Assembly: GCA_018716975.1 (NCBI GenBank)
Contig: DVJE01000040.1
Span: 20,426-84,425 of the forward strand
Origin: Candidatus Gallacutalibacter stercoravium
GTDB taxonomy: Bacteria > Bacillota > Clostridia > Oscillospirales > Acutalibacteraceae
Length of the DNA: 64,000 bases
Reading direction: 5' to 3'
Shown: piece after piece, positions 37,440 through 48,163 of the stretch
Numbering within the stretch: position 1 is the stretch's first letter
How the letters are laid out: every line of letters starts with the position of its first letter
Position numbers and translations under genes: made by a program
The notes under the pieces: generated by a model
Database searches by the model: none
What the model saw: only the letters and a program-made list of their open reading frames with translations
Told to the model about the DNA's origin: nothing

Positions 37440-38354
37440 ATGGCTTTTACTGCAAAGGATGTAGCAGCCCTGCGTGAAAAGACAGGCTGCGGTATGATGG
37501 ATTGTAAAAAGGCTTTGACTCAAACGGATGGCGACATGGAGGCCGCTATTGATATATTGCGTGAAAAGGGCCTGGCTGCTGCCACCAAAAAGGCCGGCCG
37601 TATTGCTGCTGAGGGTATCGCTTATGCTGCCACCAACGAGAACGGCACGGTGGGCGTGGTTATCGAAGTAAACGCCGAGACCGATTTTGTGGCTAAGAAT
37701 GCCGAATTCCAGGCTTTTGTGCAAACTTGCGCCCAAACCGTAATGGATCAAAATCCCGCTGATTTGGCTGCTTTGATGGCATGCAAGGCCTCTGGCAGTG
37801 ATTTGACGGTTGAAGCTTTGCAGCAGGAAAAGGTGCTCACCATTGGCGAAAACATCAAGGTGCGCCGTTTTGCCCGTTTTGAAGGTGTTGTGGCTACCTA
37901 CATTCATGCCGCTGGCCGCATTGGCGTTATGGTAAAGTTCGACACCAGTGCAGATATCGCCGCGAAGCAGGAGTTCCAGCTTTTTGCAAAGGATATCGCG
38001 ATGCAGATTGCCGCTGTTAACCCCCTGTATTTGAACAAAGAAGCGGTTCCCGCCGATGTGGTGGAGCATGAGAAGAAGATCCTCACCGAGCAGGTGATGA
38101 ACGAGGGCAAGCCCGCTAACATTGCTGAAAAGATCGTAATGGGTAAGATGGGCAAGTATTACAAAGAGGTTTGCCTGCTGGAGCAGCCCTTTGTTAAAGA
38201 CGGTGATATCTCTGTACAGAAGTATGTAGAGAACACTGCTAAAGAGCTGGGCGGCGCGATTGCTGTTACCGACTTTGTGCGCTTTGAAAAGGGCGAAGGC
38301 ATTGAAAAGCGTCAGGATAACTTCGCTGAAGAAGTTGCCAGCATGATTCACTAA
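37440..38354 (+). CDS. tsf: Translation elongation factor Ts
   Basis: FTAKDVAALREKTGCGMMDCKKAL...DILREKG...VIEVNAETDFVAKN. Confidence 0.97.
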   Translation: MAFTAKDVAALREKTGCGMMDCKKALTQTDGDMEAAIDILREKGLAAATKKAGRIAAEGIAYAATNENGTVGVVIEVNAETDFVAKNAEFQAFVQTCAQTVMDQNPADLAALMACKASGSDLTVEALQQEKVLTIGENIKVRRFARFEGVVATYIHAAGRIGVMVKFDTSADIAAKQEFQLFAKDIAMQIAAVNPLYLNKEAVPADVVEHEKKILTEQVMNEGKPANIAEKIVMGKMGKYYKEVCLLEQPFVKDGDISVQKYVENTAKELGGAIAVTDFVRFEKGEGIEKRQDNFAEEVASMIH

Positions 38355-38397
38355 GTTTCATTTGTTGCAGTTGTTTTCAGATATAACGCAGCGCAAT

Positions 38398-38441
38398 AAA
38401 AAGAGCGAGTTTCGGGTTAGCCCGAGATTCGCTCTTTTTTC
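38398..38441 (+). terminator. Terminator of rpsB-tsf
   Basis: AAGAGCGAGTTTCGGG-ttag-CCCGAGATTCGCTCTT hairpin followed by TTTTT. Confidence 0.8.
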
Positions 38442-38802
38442 GTGTAGCCCTCTGTGCGAGCAGGCTCAATTTGCGCTGAAGCTTTGTGCTATGAAAAAGA
38501 TTGTACCGGTATTGGTGCAAAGTGCAACCAGGCGGCTGCCAAACTGCCGTAACCTAGAATGGCACAACGAAGGAGGTCCTTTTTGAAACGGTTTGTTATT
38601 CCAGTGGCGTTTGATTGCATTTGTAAAGTAGAATCTCGTTCCCATTCGGGTTTCAGAGAGATTTGCTTGTGCCTTGCGTTATAATGGCCTGAAAAGCCCA
38701 ATAGCGGCCCAATTGTATGTTTATAGGTTTTCGCGTTTGTTTCCGCCTAAAAAGGGCCGTATAGCGCATTAAAGCGCACATATTGTTTTTTTTGCCTGCC
38801 TG

Positions 38803-38859
38803 CAAAAAACCGCCCCTCCGGCGGCTGTTCAAGCTCGTATAAAACCGGAAGGGGCGGTT
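38803..38859 (-). terminator. Terminator of pepF
   Basis: AACCGCCCCTTCCGG...CCGGAGGGGCGGTT hairpin followed by TTTTTTG on the minus strand. Confidence 0.7.
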
Positions 38860-38886
38860 GCGTGATAGCTAGTGGAAAGTTTATCT

Positions 38887-40677
38887 TTATTTACCCAAAA
38901 GAGAACGCAGCTTTTGCAAGGTTTCGCTGAAATCGGCAATGGTGTCTAATATCGGTTTGGGGGAGGCCATGTCCACCCCGGCAATTTTTAATAGTTCAAT
39001 GGGATGGTTGGAACCGCCGGTGGTGAGGAAGCGGCGGTAGTCGGCCACGGCGCCGGCGCCTTGCTCTCGGATCCGCCGGGCGATGCTGATGGCGGCAGAA
39101 ATACCGGTGGCATATTGATACATATAAAACGCACGGTAAAAATGAGGAATACGAGCCCACTCGTAGGTTAGGCTTTCATCCACGGTGAACTGCGGGCCAT
39201 AATAAAGCTGGTTAAGAGCCCGATGTTTTTCACAAAGCTCTTCAGGGAGCAATGGGCGGCCCTGTTCAACCTCTTGGTGGGTTTGGTTTTCAAAGTCGGC
39301 AAACATGGTTTGCCGGTAGAAAGTAGAGCGGATATCGTCTAAATGCTTACTAAGCAGCAGAGCTTGCTCCGCGGGTGTGGAGCTGTGGGTATAAAGATAG
39401 TGGAACAACAGCTCTTCGTTTAGCGTAGAGGCCACCTCGGCGGTGAAGATGCTGTAGTCGGCGTAAATATAGGGCTGATTTTTATGGCTGTAATAGCTGT
39501 GCATGGAGTGCCCCAGCTCGTGGGCTAGGGTAAACACGTCATCCAGCGTGCCGGTGTAGTTAAGCAGCATATAGGGGTGGAACCCATAAGCGCAGGTGGA
39601 ATAGGCGCCCGTTGCCTTGTTAGAGGCGGGGTAAACGTCTATCCAACGGTTTTGCATGGCCTCTTTCAATACGGCGGTGTAATCTTCGCCCAGTACGGCC
39701 GTGGCCTTCAGCACCAGCTCTTGAGCCTCTTCATAGGAATAGCGGCGCTCAGTATCCCGCACCATAGGCACAAACAGATCGTAAAAATGGATATCGTTAA
39801 GCTCCAGCACCTGCTGGCGCAGCGCCACATAATCTTGGAGCGGGCCGATGTGTTCGCGTACCGTGGCAATTAAATTGTCGTAAACCGCCTCTTGCACATG
39901 ATTGGCGTCTAGCGACATGGCGCGGGCAGAGGGGTAGCGGCGGCTTCTGGCTTGGTATACGTCGTTTTTAACCGACCCATAATACAAAGACGCCAGGGTG
40001 TGGATATGCTGCCCATAAACGCCCAACAGCCCATTAAAATAACGAGCGCGAAAATCCCGATCCGAATTTATCAAAGCCTGCTGATAATTGGCCTCGTTGG
40101 CGGTAAAAGGCGTGCCGTCGGGACCCTCAACCTCGGGAAAGTGAACATCGTTTACCGTTAAATCGTCAAAAGTTTTAGAGAAGGAGCTGCCCAGGTTTTC
40201 CATACGCACCAGCAGGGTTTCCATTTCGGCGGGCAAGATATGCTCCCGCTTAGCAAAAAAGTCTTTGGCAAACTGTTCGTAAAGGCGCAGTTCCGGGCAT
40301 TGTTCGCAATAAGAGGAGAACTGTTCCGGCGTCATCTGCATCAACTCGGGCGCCAAGAAAGAGATGCGTTCCTGCATGGCGGTATACTCGTTGGAAATGG
40401 TCTCGTATAAATCTTTTGCTTGGCTGTTGGACATATCCTGATCGTAATTGGTATTGGCAAAAACAAACAGCTGCTCAATATTCAAATTGAGTTGTTCATA
40501 CAGCTGGGCTGTTTGCAGCAAAGCAGAGGGGCTTTCACCGGCATGGCCCCTTTGGGCGGCCAGTTTATCGCAAACTGTTTTGGCTTGGGCCAATTGTGCT
40601 TGCCAGCTTTCTACGTCGGCAAACATATCGCTTAAATTCCAGGTGGCTTCCACCGGTGTTTGGGTATCTTTTTTCAT
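38887..40677 (-). CDS. pepF: Oligoendopeptidase F (M3B)
   Basis: 596 aa with zinc motif TLAHELGHSMH and family-typical length. Confidence 0.9.
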   Translation of the reverse strand: MKKDTQTPVEATWNLSDMFADVESWQAQLAQAKTVCDKLAAQRGHAGESPSALLQTAQLYEQLNLNIEQLFVFANTNYDQDMSNSQAKDLYETISNEYTAMQERISFLAPELMQMTPEQFSSYCEQCPELRLYEQFAKDFFAKREHILPAEMETLLVRMENLGSSFSKTFDDLTVNDVHFPEVEGPDGTPFTANEANYQQALINSDRDFRARYFNGLLGVYGQHIHTLASLYYGSVKNDVYQARSRRYPSARAMSLDANHVQEAVYDNLIATVREHIGPLQDYVALRQQVLELNDIHFYDLFVPMVRDTERRYSYEEAQELVLKATAVLGEDYTAVLKEAMQNRWIDVYPASNKATGAYSTCAYGFHPYMLLNYTGTLDDVFTLAHELGHSMHSYYSHKNQPYIYADYSIFTAEVASTLNEELLFHYLYTHSSTPAEQALLLSKHLDDIRSTFYRQTMFADFENQTHQEVEQGRPLLPEELCEKHRALNQLYYGPQFTVDESLTYEWARIPHFYRAFYMYQYATGISAAISIARRIREQGAGAVADYRRFLTTGGSNHPIELLKIAGVDMASPKPILDTIADFSETLQKLRSLLGK

Positions 40678-40725
40678 GGTTTGTTCCTCCGTCCGTTAAA
40701 GTTGTTACTTGGTTAAAAGCGTTGT

Positions 40726-41481
40726 CTACTTAATAAAACGGTCTACAATTGAAGCATTTGCCGCCAGTTCCTCTTTGTCATCTAAGGGCGCCAATTCTCC
40801 GGCCGAATCGCCATAGCGGTTACGCAGGGCGGCAGAGAGCAGATAATCGCACAAATGGGGGTTCTTCGGCAACAGGGGGCCGTGCAGATAGGTTCCCACA
40901 AGGTTTTTGTACAGAACCCCTTCGCCCCCGTCTTTGCCATTGTTGCCGTTGCCATACAGAACATAACCCAGCGGCTTTAACCCTTGCCCCAGATAGGTGC
41001 GCCCGCCGTGGTTTTCAAAGCCTACCAAAGGGGTAGCAAACTGGCGGCTTTGGATAATCAAATTGCCGATCAGCCGGCCTTCGCCCCGCTCGGTGGTTAA
41101 ATCGATCAAATGCAGCCCTTCAATGGTTTCTTCGCCCATTTTGTAGTGGTGGCCCAGCAACTGGTATCCCCCGCAAATGGCAAGTACGACGCCGCCGTTT
41201 TCTACATAAGCGGCAAAATCCTGCCGGATTTCTTTTAGCCGGTTGCATACCAGCAACTGCTCCCGATCGGAACCTCCGCCGATTAATATGATGTCTAGTT
41301 GAGAAAAATCTATGTTGTCGTTTAAGCGAAAGCCAACTGTATGCGCCTCAATCCCCCGCCAGCGGCAGCGCTGCTCCATGCACAAGATATTGCCTCTATC
41401 GCCGTAAAGATTGAGCAATTCGGGGTAAAGATGCCCGATGGTCAGGCTGTATGTTGCCTTTGAAGGGTTGGAATCATTCAT
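40726..41481 (-). CDS. gatD: Lipid II isoglutaminyl synthase glutaminase subunit GatD (CobQ-type GATase)
   Basis: LTIGHLYPELLNLYGDRGNI...AICGGYQLLG...FENHGG. Overlaps murT by 8 nt. Confidence 0.85.
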   Translation of the reverse strand: MNDSNPSKATYSLTIGHLYPELLNLYGDRGNILCMEQRCRWRGIEAHTVGFRLNDNIDFSQLDIILIGGGSDREQLLVCNRLKEIRQDFAAYVENGGVVLAICGGYQLLGHHYKMGEETIEGLHLIDLTTERGEGRLIGNLIIQSRQFATPLVGFENHGGRTYLGQGLKPLGYVLYGNGNNGKDGGEGVLYKNLVGTYLHGPLLPKNPHLCDYLLSAALRNRYGDSAGELAPLDDKEELAANASIVDRFIK

Positions 41482-42820
41482 GCTTGCCGCCTCCTTGTGT
41501 TTCCATCCGTTTGAGCACGTTATGGGTGGCGAACAGCCCGGTATAGTTTACCAGCACATATAGGGTTTCGGCGTTGGAGGGCAACATGTTGCGCACCGCT
41601 TCTTCCACGCCGGTGTAAAGTTGCGCATGAATACCGGCGTATTTAAAGCGCACCTGCATATCCCGGCCACGAATACCGCACACACCGAAAGAAACCACAT
41701 TTGCTTGCTTCAGGCGCTCAAAATCCACATCCCACAGCCAAGAAACATCTTGTCCATCCTGCTCGTTGTCGTTAATCAGCACAATCACGTCTTTGCTACC
41801 GCCGTCTTCCAACAAGGCGGAGATATTTTGGTTAAAGCCCGCAGGGTTCTTTGCCAGATTCAGCACCACCGGCTTGGCTAAAGAGAAGCGCTCCATCCGT
41901 CCGTTTTGCGGGTGGTAATCATCCAGCACCTGCTGAAAATGTTCCAACCCGGCGCCGCTTTCCCGTGCGGCGGCATAGGCGGCCAGCATGTTGTAAACGT
42001 TGTAAAAGCCGTGGTAATCCACCGAAAAGCGGCGCCCTTCTACCGTAAACTGAATGCCGCTATTGGTGTTTACTTGGGTGGCGGCATAGGTGGGATCCGG
42101 CCGGTGAAAACCGCAAGAGGGGCAGGCGTAATCCCCCAATTGGCTATAATGGTAAAAACGGTAAACCAGCTCGGCGCCGCATAGGCGGCAAAAACGGCCC
42201 TCTTTTGTTTCTTGGGCAGCATATTGCGAGAAACCGGTATCTTCATTTACGCCGTAGCAAACACAAGGATGACCGCTCTCTACAGCCAGAGCTACCGAAA
42301 GAGGATCGTCGGCGTTGACGATAAGCTTGGTTTCGGGTGAGAGGGCCAACGCTTTTTTAAAGATGTCCATCGTGATATCAATTTCGCCATAGCGATCCAA
42401 TTGATCGCGAAATAAATTGGTCAGCACCAAAAAGTTGGGGTGAAAATGGGGAAAAACCCGCAAAGTAGAGGCTTCATCCACTTCAATGCAGGCATAATCA
42501 GCCGCCAACCGCCCGCGCATATCAGCAGCCGCAATAAAGGCTGTGGCAACGCCGTTTAGCATATTGGCGCCCACATTGTTGCAAACCACCGTTTTGCCTT
42601 CTGAACGCAACGCAGCGCACAGCAGATTGTTAGTGGTGGTTTTGCCGTTGGTTCCGCATACCACAAAAATGCCTTCTTTTACTTGAGAAGCCAGGTCGGC
42701 CAAAAGACTAGGGCAAATTTTTAAACCGAAACGGCCGGGTGTGGAAGAACCTGCTTTACCGGCTACCTTACCGGCCCATATCAAAAATTTAGTCACCCAT
42801 ATAGCCAAATATTTTCTCAT
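41474..42820 (-). CDS. murT: Lipid II isoglutaminyl synthase MurT (Mur ligase family with Cys4 ribbon)
   Basis: VCGTNGKTTTNNLL P-loop, the CRLCGAELVY...YACPSCGF motif and a DUF1727-like C-terminus. Confidence 0.88.
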   Translation of the reverse strand: MRKYLAIWVTKFLIWAGKVAGKAGSSTPGRFGLKICPSLLADLASQVKEGIFVVCGTNGKTTTNNLLCAALRSEGKTVVCNNVGANMLNGVATAFIAAADMRGRLAADYACIEVDEASTLRVFPHFHPNFLVLTNLFRDQLDRYGEIDITMDIFKKALALSPETKLIVNADDPLSVALAVESGHPCVCYGVNEDTGFSQYAAQETKEGRFCRLCGAELVYRFYHYSQLGDYACPSCGFHRPDPTYAATQVNTNSGIQFTVEGRRFSVDYHGFYNVYNMLAAYAAARESGAGLEHFQQVLDDYHPQNGRMERFSLAKPVVLNLAKNPAGFNQNISALLEDGGSKDVIVLINDNEQDGQDVSWLWDVDFERLKQANVVSFGVCGIRGRDMQVRFKYAGIHAQLYTGVEEAVRNMLPSNAETLYVLVNYTGLFATHNVLKRMETQGGGKHE

Positions 42821-42957
42821 TCAGGAAACGCACCCTTCTTTGGGAAATTCTGCAAAGTAAAACCCGGTGTTTAGTATAACACGAATTGCCGGAAGGATAA
42901 ACACATAGTTTCAGAACATTTGCAAACTTTGCCGGATAATCCGGATGTAGGCGCAGA

Positions 42958-45003
42958 TCAATTCATGCCGCCTTCGCCCACCTGTGCAAACAGGCGCTTC
43001 ACCTGCACACGCAGCCCCCGGTGCGCGGCAAGTGATAAATCGGGATCCTGTGCCAACAACTGTGAAGCAGTTTGTTGGGCGCAGTTTAAGGCCCGCATAT
43101 CGGTTACCAGGTTGGCGAGCTTTAAATCGGGCAGGCCGTGCTGCCGGGCGCCGAAAAAGTCGCCGGGGCCGCGAAGGCGCAGATCTTCTTCTGCTATCTG
43201 AAAACCGTCGTTGGTGCGGCACATGGCGTTTAGCCGGCGTTTGGCTTCTTCATTTTGCGCGTCAGAAAGCAAAATACAATAGGATTTTTGCTTGCCGCGC
43301 CCCACACGCCCCCGCAACTGGTGCAGCTGAGATAAGCCGAAGCGCTCTGCGTTTTCCACCACCATCAGCACAGCGTTGGGCACATCCACCCCCACTTCAA
43401 TAACGGTGGTGGAAACCAAGAGCTGTATTTTACCGCAGGAAAAATCCCGCATGGTTTGTTCCTTTTCTGCTGCTTTCATCTTGCCGTGCAGCAGCCCGAC
43501 GGAGTAGCCGCGAAAGTCCTCCTGCTGCAATCGATCGGCGTATTCCTGGGCGGATGCCAAATCGGAATCGTTCTCTTCTACCAACGGGCAGACGATATAG
43601 GCCTGTTGCCCGGCTGCGAGATGTTTTTTGATAAAGGCATAAACACGCTGACGCAAGTTGCTGCCCACCCAAAAGGTATCGATAGGTTGACGGCCGGGCG
43701 GGAGCTCATCCAGCACAGAAACATCCAAATCCCCATAGATCATCAAAGCGAGGGTACGGGGAATGGGGGTGGCAGACATAACCAATAGATGGGGATTGTT
43801 CCCTTTTTGCGCCAGTTTAGCGCGCTGCCCCACACCAAAACGATGCTGTTCGTCAGTAACCACCAATGCCAGGCGGCGAAAGGCAACGTCATCGGTCAGC
43901 AAAGCATGAGTGCCCACCACCAACGAGATGTTGCCGTCTTGCAGTTGTTGTCGTATTTCACGTTTTTCGGCGGCAGAGGAAGAACCGGTGAGCAGTGCCA
44001 CGTTGACACCGCTGCCCTGCATAAAATTTTGCATGGTGTGGTAATGCTGCTCGGCTAAAATTTCGGTGGGCGCCATCAAAGCGCTTTGCATGCCGCAACA
44101 GGCGACGCAATAGCACAGCGCAGCGGCCACAGCAGTTTTGCCGGAACCCACGTCCCCCTGAATCAGCCGGTTCATCGGGGAAGAGCCGTGCATCATATCC
44201 TGTAAACATTCCGCAACGGCGCGCCGCTGCGCGTTGGTAGGGGAGAAGGGGAGCCGTGCAAAAAAGGCGGAGCTGTCATCCCGGCTTAGGCGCATGGCGT
44301 TTTCTTTGCGGCGTTTTCCTTTCAACAAAAAGAAGCCCAACTGTAGCACCAGCAGTTCTTCAAAAATCAGCCTGCGCCGCGCGGCTTCCAGCTCGGTGTG
44401 GTTGGTAGGAAAATGAATTTTTTCGAGTGCAAACCGCAAAGAACACAGGCGGTATTTGGCTATTATAGGCTGGGGGATAGAGTCGGGGAGCGGATCCGGC
44501 AGGCTTTGTATCACCTGCCGCACGGCGGACTCAATTTGGCGGGTGGATAGTCCTTCTGTTTGACTATAAATGGGCCGGATGCGCGGCCCTGTTTCCACCG
44601 GCTCAAACAGCGGAGAAGTCATTTCCCGCCGGGTAAAAGTGCCTCCTACTTTGCCATAAAAATAATATTCTTCTCCTTCTTTCAGCCGTTTGGCAGCATA
44701 AGGATTGTTGAAGAAAGTAATGTGCAACAAAGAAGCGCTGTCGCTTACAGTTACTTTATATAGAGAAAGACCCTTGCGGATGCGGCTTTCGCTTACTTGC
44801 GAGGCGACAAAAGCCCGTATACAGCACGGATTATCAAAGGGCGCTTGCGCAATGGGGAGTGGGGAACTCCAATCCTCATAGGCTCTGGGGTAGAAATGTA
44901 GCAAAGCGCCGGCCGTAGCCACGCCCAGCTTATGAAACAGCTGGGCGCGCTTAGGGCCGACGCCTTTTAACAAACTGATATCCTTTTCAAATAGCGACGC
45001 CAT
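42958..45003 (-). CDS. recG: ATP-dependent DNA helicase RecG
   Basis: LLKGVGPKRAQLFHKLG, QGDVGSGKTAVA, DEQHRFGV, and GRVGRG near the C-terminus. Confidence 0.95.
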   Translation of the reverse strand: MASLFEKDISLLKGVGPKRAQLFHKLGVATAGALLHFYPRAYEDWSSPLPIAQAPFDNPCCIRAFVASQVSESRIRKGLSLYKVTVSDSASLLHITFFNNPYAAKRLKEGEEYYFYGKVGGTFTRREMTSPLFEPVETGPRIRPIYSQTEGLSTRQIESAVRQVIQSLPDPLPDSIPQPIIAKYRLCSLRFALEKIHFPTNHTELEAARRRLIFEELLVLQLGFFLLKGKRRKENAMRLSRDDSSAFFARLPFSPTNAQRRAVAECLQDMMHGSSPMNRLIQGDVGSGKTAVAAALCYCVACCGMQSALMAPTEILAEQHYHTMQNFMQGSGVNVALLTGSSSAAEKREIRQQLQDGNISLVVGTHALLTDDVAFRRLALVVTDEQHRFGVGQRAKLAQKGNNPHLLVMSATPIPRTLALMIYGDLDVSVLDELPPGRQPIDTFWVGSNLRQRVYAFIKKHLAAGQQAYIVCPLVEENDSDLASAQEYADRLQQEDFRGYSVGLLHGKMKAAEKEQTMRDFSCGKIQLLVSTTVIEVGVDVPNAVLMVVENAERFGLSQLHQLRGRVGRGKQKSYCILLSDAQNEEAKRRLNAMCRTNDGFQIAEEDLRLRGPGDFFGARQHGLPDLKLANLVTDMRALNCAQQTASQLLAQDPDLSLAAHRGLRVQVKRLFAQVGEGGMN

Positions 45004-46692
45004 TTATTCCACCGACACCATGAAGTAATAAACAGGCTGGCCGCCGTTGACCACCGTAACATCCACATGGTTGCCCGCCTTACCTTGAATATACTTGCGC
45101 GCTTCTTCTGCCTGTGCCTCGCTTACGTCGGCGCCGTAAATCAAGGTAACAAATGAAGTGTCGCGTTTTATCATAGAACGGGTGAGCTTGCAAACCGCTT
45201 TAACAAAATCCCGCTCCGTAAAGATAAGCTTGCCGTTTTCCAAGGCCAAAATGTCGCCCTCTTTGATCTTAAAGCCGCCGTATTCCGAATCGCGCGCAGC
45301 ATAGGTTACCTGGCCTGTAGAAACATTATGCGCGGCCTCCATCATCTGCGCGGCGCAATCCTCTTGCGATAAGTCGGGATCAAAGGCCAGCATGGCGGCC
45401 AACCCTTGCGGAACGGTTCTGGTAGGCAGCACAACGATTTGGCGATCTTGCACCAACGGTATCGCTTGTTCTGCGGCCATGATAATATTTTTATTATTGG
45501 GCAGCACATACACCAGCTTAGCCGGGGTAGCCAGCACTGCTGCAACAATATCTTGCGTGCTGGGGTTCATGGTTTGCCCGCCGCTTACCACATGCGTGCA
45601 GCCCAAATCTTGAAATAGAGAGATAAGGCCATCGCCCATAGCAACAGATACAAAGCCGATCTCTTCGGTCGGTTCTGTGGGCGCTAATTTAGCGGCCTGC
45701 TCTGCCGCCGCCTTGGCTTTCGCCTTTTCGTTGGCTTCTGCGGCTAGACGGTGCTGCTCTTTCATATTTTCTACCTTAACGGTGAGCAGCTGGCCAAACT
45801 TTATTCCTTCCTGCAAGGCCAACCCAGGGGACTCTGTGTGCACGTGAACCTTGATAATTTCGTCGTCGTCAACAACAACAACGCAGTCGCCGATTGTTTC
45901 AAGATATGCGCGCAGCTCCAACGGGCTCATAGATACATCGGGATTGCGCCCTACAATAAATTCCGTGCAATAGGTGAAAGTGATATCTTGATCAAACTCC
46001 GCCGCTGCGCTACGGAAATAGTCGGTTTCTTCTTGATCGCCGGTTGTTTTAGCGGGCTCTTGGCCGGTTATCAAGTAACCGTCTTTAAAAACAGAAAGCA
46101 TACCGTCAAAAATGATGCACAAGCCCTTGCCGCCGGCATCCACTACACCGGCTTTTTTCAATACCGGCAACAAATCCGGCGTAGTCTGCAGCGCCTCATA
46201 AGCGCCTTTGCAGACGGTAGACCAAACATACACAGGGTCGCTATCGATGGCGGCAGCGGCCTTGCCCTTTTCATAAGCTACCCGCGCCACGGTAAGAATG
46301 GTGCCCTCTGTGGGCTTCATCACTGCTTTATAGGCCGCCTCAACCCCCAAACCCAGGGCATTGGCAAGCGCAACACCGTCTACGCTATCGGTGCCTTCCA
46401 GCCCCTGCGAAAAACCGCGAAATAGCAAAGATAATATTACGCCCGAGTTTCCTCTGGCGCCACGCAGCATAGCAGAAGCCGCCGCTTTTGAAACTTCCCC
46501 GGTAGCTTCGCTTTGTATTTCTTCTAATGCACGCACGCCGGACGCCATGGTCATCGACATGTTGGTACCCGTATCGCCATCAGGCACGGGAAAAATATTG
46601 AGGTCGTCAATAGCCGTTCGATTGTTGGCAATATTATTGGCGCCTGAAATCATTGCGTTGCGTAGACAGGTTCCATTAATCAACACAAGCAC
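45004..46692 (-). CDS. yloV: DAK2 domain fusion protein YloV
   Basis: DDLNIFPVPDGDTGTNMSMT...RGARGNSGVILS. The stop abuts the recG start. Confidence 0.88.
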   Translation of the reverse strand: MLVLINGTCLRNAMISGANNIANNRTAIDDLNIFPVPDGDTGTNMSMTMASGVRALEEIQSEATGEVSKAAASAMLRGARGNSGVILSLLFRGFSQGLEGTDSVDGVALANALGLGVEAAYKAVMKPTEGTILTVARVAYEKGKAAAAIDSDPVYVWSTVCKGAYEALQTTPDLLPVLKKAGVVDAGGKGLCIIFDGMLSVFKDGYLITGQEPAKTTGDQEETDYFRSAAAEFDQDITFTYCTEFIVGRNPDVSMSPLELRAYLETIGDCVVVVDDDEIIKVHVHTESPGLALQEGIKFGQLLTVKVENMKEQHRLAAEANEKAKAKAAAEQAAKLAPTEPTEEIGFVSVAMGDGLISLFQDLGCTHVVSGGQTMNPSTQDIVAAVLATPAKLVYVLPNNKNIIMAAEQAIPLVQDRQIVVLPTRTVPQGLAAMLAFDPDLSQEDCAAQMMEAAHNVSTGQVTYAARDSEYGGFKIKEGDILALENGKLIFTERDFVKAVCKLTRSMIKRDTSFVTLIYGADVSEAQAEEARKYIQGKAGNHVDVTVVNGGQPVYYFMVSVE

Positions 46693-46861
46693 TCCCCTCG
46701 CTGGACTTCGGCAGCTGAAAGCCGGCCGGAAGCGTCCTTCTCATTCTGGATTTCCCAAGAAAATGAGTTCTGCGATTTAGTATATCACAAATTGCCGGTA
46801 TATTCAATTAAAAAACCGAGGCAACTTTATGTACTTTCTTATGTCCAACCTGCAAACGGGT

Positions 46862-46899
46862 AAAAAGAAAAGAAGGAAGAACCACAACGCGGTTCTTCC
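46862..46899 (-). terminator. Terminator of spoVS
   Basis: GGAAGAACC...GGTTCTTCC hairpin followed by TTCTTTTCTTTTT on the minus strand. Confidence 0.75.
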
Positions 46900-46941
46900 C
46901 ACCATCATGTAAGATGTGAATCGGCTATGTTTTGCAACCCC

Positions 46942-47202
46942 TTAGCGTGGTTCTACAATGAGTTTGATAGCGGTGCGATCTTCCCCATCAATCATAACAC
47001 TAGCAAATGCGGGAACACATATCAAATCCACCCCTGAGGGCGCTAAATATCCACGTGCCACCGCGACTGCTTTAATCGCTTGGTTGGCAGCACCGGCTCC
47101 AACAGCCTGGACTTCAACACATCCAAATTCGCGTATCACGCCGGCTATCGCGCCCGCTACAGAGTTAGGTGCAGATTTTGAAGAAACCTTTAAAACCTCC
47201 AT
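46942..47202 (-). CDS. spoVS: Stage V sporulation protein S
   Basis: MEVLKVSSKSAPNSVAGAIAGVIREFGCVEVQAVGAGAANQAIKAVAVARGYL, 86 aa. GGAGGG SD. Confidence 0.95.
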   Translation of the reverse strand: MEVLKVSSKSAPNSVAGAIAGVIREFGCVEVQAVGAGAANQAIKAVAVARGYLAPSGVDLICVPAFASVMIDGEDRTAIKLIVEPR

Positions 47203-47383
47203 AGCCAACCCTCCTATATTACTTTATTTGGTTAGTTATATTTTATACATTATTATCATAATTAAAATTCTATAATAGAAAATAAGCCATAATTATTCTT
47301 TTTTGTATAAAATAATATGTTTGCACAAAAGAAATTGACGATATATACAAAATCTCCGTGAAACCTAGGCGCACTATGCATGA

Positions 47384-48163
47384 TTAAACGATTTCTATGC
47401 GCTCAATCTCAACGGTTTTTCCGCTGGCTGTATCGATAGAGAAAAGGATACAGTCCATTTTAGCGTCCCCTTTGGCCTGTGTAAAACGAACCGGCATTTT
47501 CGTTTTCATTCGCTCAATGGCGCTGGAAACTTCCACTCCCAAAACGGAGTGAATTGCACCGGTCATGCCTACGTCGGTGATATAACCGGTTCCCTGTGGA
47601 AGGATACACTCGTCGGCCGTTTGCACGTGGGTGTGGGTGCCGAAAAGGGCGGAAACGCGGCCATCTAAATAATAGCCTAAAGCGCGTTTTTCGGCAGTGG
47701 CTTCAGCATGAAAGTCAACAAGGATGACGGCGGCCCCCAGAGACTGCGCCTCTTTTACCAAACGATCGGCGGCAGCAAAGGGGCAACCAAGACTATCTAG
47801 GTATACCACCCCCATTAAATTGATAATACACACCTGAACACGCCCCATATCTACCACGCACAATCCGTGGCCCGGGGTACTCCCTTCAGGAAAATTAGCA
47901 GGCCGGATAAGGTTTGGCTCCTCATCGAAAAGCGGGTAACATTCCCGACGGCGAAAGGCATGGTTGCCGGTGGTAATAACGTCAACACCGCTGTGGAACA
48001 GATAATCGGCAGACGCAGGGGTAATACCGTTGCCGTCGGCGGAATTTTCACCATTGGCAATGACTAGGTCAATCCCTTTCAGCTTTTTTAGCTGGGGCAG
48101 GTGCGCTCTTAAAAAAGCGCAACCATTGCTGCCAACCACATCTCCTATTGCTAATATATTCAT
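47384..48163 (-). CDS. ymdB: YmdB-type metallophosphoesterase (TIGR00282)
   Basis: MNILAIGDVVGSNGCAFLRAHLPQLKKLKGIDLVIANGENSADGNGIT. Confidence 0.9.
   Translation of the reverse strand: MNILAIGDVVGSNGCAFLRAHLPQLKKLKGIDLVIANGENSADGNGITPASADYLFHSGVDVITTGNHAFRRRECYPLFDEEPNLIRPANFPEGSTPGHGLCVVDMGRVQVCIINLMGVVYLDSLGCPFAAADRLVKEAQSLGAAVILVDFHAEATAEKRALGYYLDGRVSALFGTHTHVQTADECILPQGTGYITDVGMTGAIHSVLGVEVSSAIERMKTKMPVRFTQAKGDAKMDCILFSIDTASGKTVEIERIEIV

Noticed and set aside
37005-38351. 448-aa ORF on the minus strand
   Set aside because: It is exactly antisense to tsf and the end of rpsB, which have unmistakable EF-Ts and S2 sequences. The antisense translation is low-complexity with no SD. It is a shadow ORF.
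46693-46870. Structured leader or riboswitch upstream of yloV
   Set aside because: A promoter-like TTGAAT...TGTGATATACT and two small hairpins are present. I recognise no conserved riboswitch core, and the hairpins are short.
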